DNA of 64,000 nt from an uncultured Candidatus Saccharibacteria bacterium. Lineage in GTDB: Bacteria; Patescibacteriota; Minisyncoccia; Phycocordibacterales; Phycocordibacteraceae. The translations under genes were made by a program, and so were the position numbers. The stretch's first letter is position 1. Each line of letters opens with the position of its first letter. The DNA lies in contig CAZJKG010000002.1 of NCBI GenBank assembly GCA_964546795.1, positions 6,307-70,306 on the forward strand, in the 5' to 3' direction. Positions 16,399 through 24,363 of this stretch are shown here, piece by piece. The notes beneath the pieces are model-generated. The model made no database searches. It had not been told where the DNA came from and saw only the letters and a list, made by a program, of their open reading frames with translations.

Positions 16399-16536
16399 CT
16401 AATCCTTCTTTGAAATGTGCTGCCAGAGCCAGATGCCCAGAAGAACGAGGTCAACAAACACCACTAGCCATGTGAGAAAGCCGTACGTTCCCACTCCTCC
16501 CATCATGCCTTCGTATCCGTATCCATATCCCATCAT
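16399..16536 (-). CDS. Unannotated small Met/Gly/Tyr-rich membrane peptide (45 aa) downstream of the multicopper oxidase
   Basis: Minus-strand ORF ATGATG...TAG encoding 'MMGYGYGYEGMMGGVGTYGFLTWLVVFVDLVLLGIWLWQHISKKD'. It falls below the ORF-track length cutoff. The Met-rich N-terminus is followed by one TM helix. The RBS is weak, so coding status is uncertain. Confidence 0.3.
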   Translation of the reverse strand: MMGYGYGYEGMMGGVGTYGFLTWLVVFVDLVLLGIWLWQHISKKD

Positions 16537-16599
16537 AGGTTGCTGTGATTAGTTCACTGTAGTAATCGACCTTTGTTCATTATAATCCTTCTGCCGTGA

Positions 16600-18171
16600 T
16601 TATTGCACCTCGAAGCTGAACATCATTCCGGTTTCAAGGTGCTCGGCGATATGGCAGTGTGCCATCCATTCGCCGGGATTGGTGATAACAAGCAGAATAT
16701 CGACATATTGTCCAGCAGGAACGAGTACTGTGTCTTTCCACACAAGATTCGTTTGTGGTACGCCGTTCCGGTCAAGCACTAGAAATTGCTGACCGTGAAA
16801 GTGTACCGGGTGTTGCATCGGGTGGTCCGAATTTGCGTCGTTGCTGATTCTGATTTTCACAGCATCGCTGACCTTAAATTTCCAATGAATGTCCATATTG
16901 GCCTTATCGGTGTCTTCGTCCACAATTTTCCAATCCGTCATTCCCGTATTCGACATCGCATTCATCATCGCCATAGTGTCCTCCCATTCGATGCCGTCAG
17001 GACTAAGCATCATGACATTGCTCATAACGGTGCCATCCGACATTCTGTGACTACCGCCCATGTTGGACATCATGCCACCCATCATGTCGATGGTGAGTGT
17101 GAGACGTTTGTCAATCGGTCTGTCAAAATACTGGCGGTACGGATCAATACTTTCAACTGCTGCGCTATTGGTACGAAGTGTTGCAAATGCTTCGGCGTAG
17201 GACGGTAAAGATTCATCGCCTGACACTGAAATCATTCCGAGCGCGTAGGTCTTGTCGGGGGTCTTATGTTGCATCGTGTATGACCCCTCCCTATCAAATA
17301 AAACTTCTACGACCGCGCGTTCCGAAGGTCCGATGATAACGGCATTTTTCCACTCCTCGCGCTCGCTTGCGCCGCCATCTCCGCCGACAAGTTTCATTTT
17401 AACCCCGGAAATAGCGAAGTTAAACGGCCGGGCATTTGCCGAATTGGTGATGTAAAAGCGGATGACCTCTCCCGTTCTCACAGGAAGTTGATACTCCGGC
17501 TCACCATTGACGAGCATCACGTTGCCGAAGCGGCCCATGAGCGTGCGATCGGCTCCTTTCGTGCTCAGATTGATCTTGCCGTCTTCAATGAGAATGTCAT
17601 CGAAAAAGAGCGCGACCTCGCGATTAACGGGGCTCCAGTACGTAGTATCGGAGGGAACGACAAGATAATTGCCATAGAGGCCGAGTTCCTGCTCGAAATC
17701 CTCACGGACATGTGGGTGATACCAATACACACCAGCGTCTGGGAATTTGAGCTTGTAGGAAAATGTTTCGCCCGGATGCATCTCTTTTTGCGACGTCTGC
17801 GAGCCGTCAAACTGGTTGTCCATGCGAACGCCGTGCGAGTGTAGCAGGGTCGGCATGTCCATATTGTTCTTGAAGTTGATAGTGATCTGTGCTCCCTGCG
17901 GGACTTTAATGAGAGGTCCCGGGATCGATCCATTGTACGCGAGCATCCGATACTCCGTACCGTTAATGTTTTTCGCGACATAGCTTGCAGTGAGGGCATA
18001 GGTGTCGCCGTTCTTCAACTCGACAGTTTCAGACGCTTTTACTTCAGACAACCCGGCAATGTCGGTACTGACGTACGCATTACTTCCACTATACGGCGAT
18101 CTCTGATAGAGAAAGAAACCACTGATAACTACCACTGCAACGAGAAGCACATGTAAGTATTTTTCATTCAT
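16600..18171 (-). CDS. Multicopper oxidase (CueO/laccase-like), secreted
   Basis: Type-1/type-3 copper motifs 'HPMQHPVHFHGQQF' and 'WMAHCHIAEHLETGMMF'. N-terminal TM/signal. A Met-rich segment 'MMGGMMSNMGGSHRM' is typical of CueO-type Cu(I)-binding inserts. Confidence 0.85.
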   Translation of the reverse strand: MNEKYLHVLLVAVVVISGFFLYQRSPYSGSNAYVSTDIAGLSEVKASETVELKNGDTYALTASYVAKNINGTEYRMLAYNGSIPGPLIKVPQGAQITINFKNNMDMPTLLHSHGVRMDNQFDGSQTSQKEMHPGETFSYKLKFPDAGVYWYHPHVREDFEQELGLYGNYLVVPSDTTYWSPVNREVALFFDDILIEDGKINLSTKGADRTLMGRFGNVMLVNGEPEYQLPVRTGEVIRFYITNSANARPFNFAISGVKMKLVGGDGGASEREEWKNAVIIGPSERAVVEVLFDREGSYTMQHKTPDKTYALGMISVSGDESLPSYAEAFATLRTNSAAVESIDPYRQYFDRPIDKRLTLTIDMMGGMMSNMGGSHRMSDGTVMSNVMMLSPDGIEWEDTMAMMNAMSNTGMTDWKIVDEDTDKANMDIHWKFKVSDAVKIRISNDANSDHPMQHPVHFHGQQFLVLDRNGVPQTNLVWKDTVLVPAGQYVDILLVITNPGEWMAHCHIAEHLETGMMFSFEVQ

Positions 18172-18176
18172 AGTAA

Positions 18177-20318
18177 TTATAATATTTTACGGCGAAGCAA
18201 TACGGCATTGATTGCTACGATAACCGTTGAAACGCTCATGAGTATCGCGGCGATTGCCGGCTCTAATACGACACCTTTTGATGCCAGCACGCCAGCCGCA
18301 AGCGGAATGGCGACCACATTGTACCCCGTGGCCCAAAAGAGATTCTGAATCATTTTCGCATACGTAAGCTTTGAAAGTTTGATGATCTTCGGAATATCCC
18401 TCGGGTCGTTTTTTACCAAGATGATTCCCGCCGATTCAATCGCGACATTTGTGCCAGCGCCAATCGCAATGCCGAGGTCAGCTTGCGTCAGAGCGGGAGC
18501 GTCATTGATACCGTCTCCGACCATCGCTACTTTTTTACCTTCGCTTTGGAGCAATCTTACTTTTTCGGCCTTTTGGCCCGGCATGACTTTGGCAAAATAT
18601 TCATCAATACCGAGTTCTCCTGCTACCCACGAAGCAACATCCTCCGAATCACCGGTAATCATCGCTGTCTTGACGCCAAGATTCTTCAGAGTTTGAATCG
18701 CCTCACGCGACTCCTCCCTGATGATGTCCGAAAGAGCGATACTGCCGAGAAGTTTCTTATCCACAATCACGTGAATGACCGTTTTGCCTTCTTTTGACAG
18801 CGTATCTATTTGATTTTGATACTCGCCTGAAATCAGTATGGTATGTTCTGTAAGCAAATCATCATTGCCGACGTACGCCTCTTTATTTTCTACACGTCCT
18901 TTTGCGCCTTTACCGGCAATGCGGAAAAAATCCGTTACCGGCATTAGAACAATGTTCCGCTTCTGGGCCTCCGCGACCATCGCCTTCGCTAGCGAGTGTT
19001 CTGAATGGCTATTGACCGAGGCCGCGATACTGAGAATGGTATCTTGGGAAACGTTGTTGCTCGCGATGATGGCGGCAACGCCGAATTCACCTTTGGTAAG
19101 GGTCCCTGTTTTATCGAACAACACCATATCAATGCTACGCGCCGCTTCAAGCGCACGGCGTTCTTTAACCAGCAATCCGTTCTTCGCTGCCATCGTGGTT
19201 GAAATAGATGCGACCAGAGGAACTGCGAGCCCGAGAGCGTGCGGACAGGTGATGACAAGGACGGCTACGAGCCGCTCGGTCGCAATCACAATACCCGCCC
19301 CGACTAGAACCCACACGCCGAAGGTAATCGTGCCGACCACGAGTGCGATGATGGTGAGATAGAACGCCGCTTGGTCCGAAAGCATCTGGAGACGCGACTT
19401 CGACGCTTCCGCATCGGCAACAAGCCGCATTACGCCTGCAAGAAACGTATGCTCGCCTATCTTTTCTATAGCTACCTTGATGCTTCCATCGCCGTTTGTG
19501 GAGCCAGCAATAACTGACGCGCCTATAGATTTTTCTACCGGACGCGATTCTCCGGTAATGACTGACTCATTTATGTCTGACCTCCCTTCAACGATCTTCC
19601 CATCGGCGGGGATCTTCGCTCCCGGCTTTACTAACACAATATCGCCTGCCCGAAGGTCGCCCAGTGGTATGATCTCGGTCTTATTCCCTCTTATGACTTC
19701 TGCCGTATCGGGCAAAAGTTTCGCCAATTCCCGCAATGCTCCCTGGGCACCTTGCACCGACTTCATCTCTATCCAGTGCCCGAGAAGCATAATGGCGATG
19801 AGCGATGAGAGTTCAAACAATAGATCGTGATGCCCGCCCAGAAGTATTGAAAAGAAACTGTAGAGGTACGCGGCTGTGATGGCGATGGCGATAAGCGTCA
19901 TCATCCCGGGCAATCGGGCTTGGAGTTCGCGATACGCGCTTGCTAGGAAAATCCACCCGCAATAGAAGAAAACGAAGCTTCCGACAATAAGGAAAACGTA
20001 CTGCGACCCGGGGAACTCCGGGGCCTGTATATTAAAGATTATTTTCGCCATTTCCGAATAGAAGAAAATTGGAATGGTCAGCGCAAAAGCAACCCAAAAC
20101 TTCCTCAGGAAAGATTCGGTTTGATGGCCCGCGTGCTTACCTGCCCCGCTGTCATGCGAAGCATGTACTTTGGGGTCGTGCGCTTCGTGCTCGTCGGCTT
20201 TCTTTGCGTCGGTCGGGATGAGATTCATTCCACACTCCGGACAGATGCCGGGCGTATCCCGTACAATCTCCGGATGCATCGGACAAGTATATAAATGTGT
20301 ATCGTGGGAATTTTTCAT
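18177..20318 (-). CDS. copA: Copper-translocating P1B-type ATPase (CopA-like)
   Basis: N-terminal Cys-rich metal-binding motif 'CPMHPE...CPECGM', TM motif 'CPH' ('ITCPHALGLAVP'), phosphorylation site 'DKTGTLT', and 'GDGINDAPAL'. Confidence 0.9.
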   Translation of the reverse strand: MKNSHDTHLYTCPMHPEIVRDTPGICPECGMNLIPTDAKKADEHEAHDPKVHASHDSGAGKHAGHQTESFLRKFWVAFALTIPIFFYSEMAKIIFNIQAPEFPGSQYVFLIVGSFVFFYCGWIFLASAYRELQARLPGMMTLIAIAITAAYLYSFFSILLGGHHDLLFELSSLIAIMLLGHWIEMKSVQGAQGALRELAKLLPDTAEVIRGNKTEIIPLGDLRAGDIVLVKPGAKIPADGKIVEGRSDINESVITGESRPVEKSIGASVIAGSTNGDGSIKVAIEKIGEHTFLAGVMRLVADAEASKSRLQMLSDQAAFYLTIIALVVGTITFGVWVLVGAGIVIATERLVAVLVITCPHALGLAVPLVASISTTMAAKNGLLVKERRALEAARSIDMVLFDKTGTLTKGEFGVAAIIASNNVSQDTILSIAASVNSHSEHSLAKAMVAEAQKRNIVLMPVTDFFRIAGKGAKGRVENKEAYVGNDDLLTEHTILISGEYQNQIDTLSKEGKTVIHVIVDKKLLGSIALSDIIREESREAIQTLKNLGVKTAMITGDSEDVASWVAGELGIDEYFAKVMPGQKAEKVRLLQSEGKKVAMVGDGINDAPALTQADLGIAIGAGTNVAIESAGIILVKNDPRDIPKIIKLSKLTYAKMIQNLFWATGYNVVAIPLAAGVLASKGVVLEPAIAAILMSVSTVIVAINAVLLRRKIL

Positions 20319-20339
20319 ACAAGTACACGGAGACCTTCC

Positions 20340-21017
20340 TTATTCGAAGCGCAACTCAATTTTGTCCTTATCGTGCATGACGTAGTTCTCGTACTCAATG
20401 TTTTCCTCCCCATTTACGGTCATCGTTATATTTTTGCCAAATGATTGCATATCCCTGCCCCAATTCGTGAAAAATTGACCAAGAGTAATATCCTGTTTGC
20501 GAACGAGACCTTGAAACTCAAGATGGATAATAGGTAGATCATCATGCGTATGCATCGGCATGTGGACCGCACCGATGCCAATATTTTGCGGAATCTCCTG
20601 CTTTTCACCTTTTACGTAAATGGTAAGTTCCGGATGCCAGTGAAAACCTGATCGGGAGACAATATCTGATTCCGGAATTGGAGGCCTTGTGGCGACATAC
20701 CAGATAAGACCTCCAATCATCGCAATGGTCAGACCGCCGCCCAAAATCCATGAGACAATTTTCTGAAAATTACGTTTCTGCATAGCCGCTTCTTTTGCCT
20801 CCATCTTCACCTGCTGTTTTAGCGCTTTGCGCTCAGTTTTGGTGGGCATCGATTCATTTGTTAATGTGACTGCATGTTTTATTATATCTAAATTACAACT
20901 TTTATGCTCTTTGCACCACGCTTGGCATTTTTCAGCGAATTCTTTGTTCTCATACAGAAGATGGCATTCTTCGCACTGATAGTATTGTTTATTATTATGT
21001 GAAATTATTTTTGTCAT
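20340..21017 (-). CDS. Membrane-anchored protein with an N-terminal zinc-ribbon and a His/Met-rich extracytoplasmic domain, possibly copper-binding
   Basis: N-terminus 'QCEECHLLYENKEFAEKCQAWCKEH' has four Cys. One TM helix follows. The C-terminal domain carries 'HWHPE' and 'AVHMPMHTHDD', which resemble Cu-binding Met/His motifs. It sits directly upstream of copA in the same operon. Confidence 0.45.
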   Translation of the reverse strand: MTKIISHNNKQYYQCEECHLLYENKEFAEKCQAWCKEHKSCNLDIIKHAVTLTNESMPTKTERKALKQQVKMEAKEAAMQKRNFQKIVSWILGGGLTIAMIGGLIWYVATRPPIPESDIVSRSGFHWHPELTIYVKGEKQEIPQNIGIGAVHMPMHTHDDLPIIHLEFQGLVRKQDITLGQFFTNWGRDMQSFGKNITMTVNGEENIEYENYVMHDKDKIELRFE

Positions 21018-21036
21018 GGTTATTTTTGATTAATCA

Positions 21037-21579
21037 TTAAATCTTACAGATCGCTGGATTTTGGATTTGTTTTGCCATCATAGAGAGAGATATCGCAAGT
21101 AGTATCACACCAAGAATACCGAATTCGCCGCCGTTAAGTGGCAGAAATGTCAGTATCCAAGATGCGCCGAAGATCGAAAAAATGCTTGTGAGGAGAAGTG
21201 ACCCGCATGCGGCGCATCCCATACCGACCATACCGCTCGTTATCCCAAAAAATCCAGTAGTAATTCCGCTCTGCTTCACATCAGTGATCCTACGACGCAA
21301 GAAGTAGACAATCATGGCGAGATTGATGCCAAACAAAACAGCAATAGTAATCGTATACGAGGCAGAGAGTGGGGTGAAGTTTGTTGTAATAGAACCGAGC
21401 AAGCTAATCGGCAGACCAAGCTTCTGTGAAAAAGATACTCCCGAATGTCCCATGACTTCCACAATCAATGAAATGTTTGGGAGCCATACGGCAAAAGCAA
21501 AGACGATTGCACTCGTCGCAAGAGCAATGAGTACATACGAGGGTTTTTGAAATACTTTTTGCAGAGCGTGAACGATCAT
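21037..21579 (-). CDS. Polytopic membrane protein with an intramembrane or loop CXXC motif ('GCAACGS')
   Basis: 180 aa, about five TM helices. The stop of the upstream DsbA gene (21582) is 3 bp away. Could be a DsbB/VKOR-like redox partner, but lacks their canonical signatures. Confidence 0.4.
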   Translation of the reverse strand: MIVHALQKVFQKPSYVLIALATSAIVFAFAVWLPNISLIVEVMGHSGVSFSQKLGLPISLLGSITTNFTPLSASYTITIAVLFGINLAMIVYFLRRRITDVKQSGITTGFFGITSGMVGMGCAACGSLLLTSIFSIFGASWILTFLPLNGGEFGILGVILLAISLSMMAKQIQNPAICKI

Positions 21580-21581
21580 TA

Positions 21582-22304
21582 TTATTTTCCCTGCAGGGCC
21601 AGATCAATAAGTTGTTTCACCGCAGAGTACGGCTGCGCTCCGGAGAGCGGATATTTTTTTCCGTTCTTTGCAATCACAATGCTCCATGGTGTTCCGTTTC
21701 CGCCCGTTGCCGCGGCATTTTGTACATCTTCCTCAATATGCTTGGTGAATTTCCCGCTAGTCAGACAGGTATTGAACTTCGCCATATCAAGACCTACGTA
21801 TGCGGCTATCTTGAGGAGCTCGGCCGGATCTAGTCCGTTATTGGAGGGGGTTACTTCATAGAGGCGATCCGTGTAGGTCCAGAATGGGTTGTTGCCCCCT
21901 TGATCGCCGGCGCATTCAAGAGCGACCGTTTCATTCCGTGCCTTTGGGTGGAGTTGGTCCAAAGGGAAATGACGATAGACCCATGCAACTCTTCCGTCCT
22001 TGCCGTATTCATCCATGACTTGCTTCATGGTCTCGTGGAATCGTTTGCAGAAAGGACATTCAGGATCCGAGTATTCAACTATTTTGACCGGCGCATCAGG
22101 ATTGCCTCGAATATGGTCGGCGGCGCTTATCGGCCTCATCTTATCCAAATCGCTTGTCTGCGGCGCCCCTGCCGCCGCTTGGGGCTGCGCCGCCGGAATG
22201 GTTGTAGAACTACCGTGGAAAAATATGGCACCGGCGATGAGAACTCCGGCGATAATGATGGCCGAAGAAATTGATATATTGCTTTGCTTTGAACCTGTTT
22301 CCAT
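21582..22304 (-). CDS. DsbA-family thiol:disulfide oxidoreductase (third copy in window)
   Basis: TM anchor plus active site 'YSDPECPFCKRFHE' in a DsbA fold. Confidence 0.8.
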   Translation of the reverse strand: METGSKQSNISISSAIIIAGVLIAGAIFFHGSSTTIPAAQPQAAAGAPQTSDLDKMRPISAADHIRGNPDAPVKIVEYSDPECPFCKRFHETMKQVMDEYGKDGRVAWVYRHFPLDQLHPKARNETVALECAGDQGGNNPFWTYTDRLYEVTPSNNGLDPAELLKIAAYVGLDMAKFNTCLTSGKFTKHIEEDVQNAAATGGNGTPWSIVIAKNGKKYPLSGAQPYSAVKQLIDLALQGK

Positions 22305-22483
22305 ACGCGCTGTTTACATTATCTTGCTAAAAGAGTCCCATCCTTTATTCCTGTCGTAGAATTCTACCATACGCCGGTCTTACAGAAATTCTCAAAAGAT
22401 GAATCATTGACATCGTGTGGTTCATACCGCATTCTTCACGCAGAATTGAACATTGACTCAATCAAAAAGAAGGAGGTGATGTA

Positions 22484-23200
22484 ATGAACACGGGCAAGGA
22501 GTACAGGGAATGCTTCCCGAAACGCAACACTTTTCTGGCCGTGGTGCATGCGGAAGACAGCGCCCAAGCGGTCAAAAATGTCCGTATCGCTCTCGGCGAG
22601 GGCGCGGATGGTGTGTTTCTCATTAATCATCCGCCGGTCTCTGTCGATGATCTCTATCTCTGCTTCAGGTCCGTCCGTGAGGAATTCCCGAACGCCTGGG
22701 TTGGATTCAACTGGCTTGGTCTGGATCCCTACAGCGCACTCGATATGATGCGAAGCTCCATGGATGCCATGTGGGTGGACAACGCTGGTATTCGCGAGGG
22801 CAGGCATGGCGCCGATGAAGCGTTCTATTTCACTAAAAAACGCCGAGAGTGGGAGATGCTGAGAAAAGGAGCTTCATTCCTGCTTTTCGGTGGTGTTGCG
22901 TTCAAGTATCAGCAGCATGTCTACGACCTCGAGCGCGTCTCTCAGCTCGCTATGCCGTATGTGGACGTGATAACGACGAGCGGCGACGGCACCGGCATAG
23001 CGCCTGAAGTGAACAAGATCCGTACCATGAGGAATGCTATCGGCGACCACCCGCTTGCCATCGCGAGCGGCATCACTCCCGAGAACGTCTCAATGTACAT
23101 GGAATACGCCGATTGCTTTCTTGTGGCGACTGGGATAAGTGACTGCCATACAGCGCTAAATCCGTCTCGTGTGCGAAAGCTCGCCACAATCCTTTCTTGA
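22484..23200 (+). CDS. Predicted TIM-barrel protein, BtpA/SgcQ-like (tentative)
   Basis: 238 aa. 'ALGEGADGVFLINH' and 'TSGDGTGIAPE...AIASGITPENV' resemble the BtpA family. Assignment is weak. Confidence 0.35.
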   Translation: MNTGKEYRECFPKRNTFLAVVHAEDSAQAVKNVRIALGEGADGVFLINHPPVSVDDLYLCFRSVREEFPNAWVGFNWLGLDPYSALDMMRSSMDAMWVDNAGIREGRHGADEAFYFTKKRREWEMLRKGASFLLFGGVAFKYQQHVYDLERVSQLAMPYVDVITTSGDGTGIAPEVNKIRTMRNAIGDHPLAIASGITPENVSMYMEYADCFLVATGISDCHTALNPSRVRKLATILS

Positions 23201-23223
23201 TGATTCCTTATGTTGGTTCGACA

Positions 23224-23262
23224 CGGTCTGCACCTCATCAGTGCAGACCGTTTCATTTTCTA
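23224..23262. terminator. Bidirectional rho-independent terminator (9-bp stem GGTCTGCAC/GTGCAGACC)
   Basis: A T-rich tract follows on the + strand; an A-rich tract precedes, giving a T-run on the - strand. It lies between convergent genes. Confidence 0.6.
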
Positions 23263-23266
23263 ATCT

Positions 23267-24349
23267 TTATTTTTTGCGCGAAACATCAGCGTAGATTGAG
23301 AGGAGAACAAAAAGCAAACTCAACGACAAGGGGCCAAGGAAGATGCCGCTCGGGCCGAAGAACATTATTCCCCCGAGAACTGAAAGGAGGACGAGAAGCG
23401 AATGGAGTTGCATTCTTTCCCCGACAAGCTTCGGCCCGAGAATATTGTCCACAAGTCCGACTGCAAGAGCACCCCACGCAAGGAGTCCAAATGCTTGCGG
23501 TATGTTCCCAATGAAAAAAAGAAATGTGATAGCGGGGATGAACACAAGCGCCGTCCCGATCCCGGGAATAAGGGCTGCGATCGCGGCAATCGTTCCCCAG
23601 AGAAAACCGTTCGGGATTCCAAAAAGCATGAAGCCGATCCCCGTCAACACTCCCTGTATGAACGCAATGGTGAGATTCCCTTTGACGATAGAGTCAATCG
23701 CGGTCTCAAGCCGTTCAAAGACCCCTTCGTCTTCTTTGTCGTTCAAAGGCGAGAGCTCAATAAGCGTCTGTCGTACACGCTTCCCATCGCGCAAAAGATA
23801 GTAGAGCGCGATGAAGAAAATAAAGAATGAAAGAATGAGCGAAGAGATGCTCGAGAAAATCCCTCCGATATGCTGTGTAATCCACTGCAAACCTTCTTTC
23901 GTATATGTATCTATATTCGCCGAGACGCCGCGGGTGAATTCCCCGAGTCCGGGAATACTTCCGCCGAAGTTTTCATCGGCCCGTAGAACCAGCTTCGCGA
24001 TAGCGCTTCGCCCGCTTCCTTCCCCAAGGGAGAGATAGAGATTGTGTGCCTCGTTCCCGACAAATACCCCGATAAGCGAGAGCGGAAGAAGTATGAGGAA
24101 CACGCTAACAACGACCGTTAGAAATGCGGCAACGCTTGGCCAACCGCCGAGCATATTTGAAATTCTTCCATACAATCCCTGCAATATGACGGCGAATACT
24201 GCGGCAAGCGCGAGCGGCTTGAGGAATGGCGCGAATATCAACGCCACAAGGATGATTGCTCCGACAAGAAGAACCACAAGAAAATACGGTCTAAGTTTCT
24301 CGCTTTGCATAAGGGAAGTATAGCAAAACGCTTTTGTCTTTCGGAGCAA
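23267..24349 (-). CDS. AI-2E family transporter (PerM/UPF0118)
   Basis: 360 aa, about eight TM helices. Typical AI-2E layout with N-terminal helices 'LVVLLVGAIILVALIFAPFLKPLALAAVFAVIL' and a C-terminal 'GP' motif region. Confidence 0.8.
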   Translation of the reverse strand: MLRKTKAFCYTSLMQSEKLRPYFLVVLLVGAIILVALIFAPFLKPLALAAVFAVILQGLYGRISNMLGGWPSVAAFLTVVVSVFLILLPLSLIGVFVGNEAHNLYLSLGEGSGRSAIAKLVLRADENFGGSIPGLGEFTRGVSANIDTYTKEGLQWITQHIGGIFSSISSLILSFFIFFIALYYLLRDGKRVRQTLIELSPLNDKEDEGVFERLETAIDSIVKGNLTIAFIQGVLTGIGFMLFGIPNGFLWGTIAAIAALIPGIGTALVFIPAITFLFFIGNIPQAFGLLAWGALAVGLVDNILGPKLVGERMQLHSLLVLLSVLGGIMFFGPSGIFLGPLSLSLLFVLLSIYADVSRKK

Positions 24350-24363
24350 TACTGGAACAGTAA

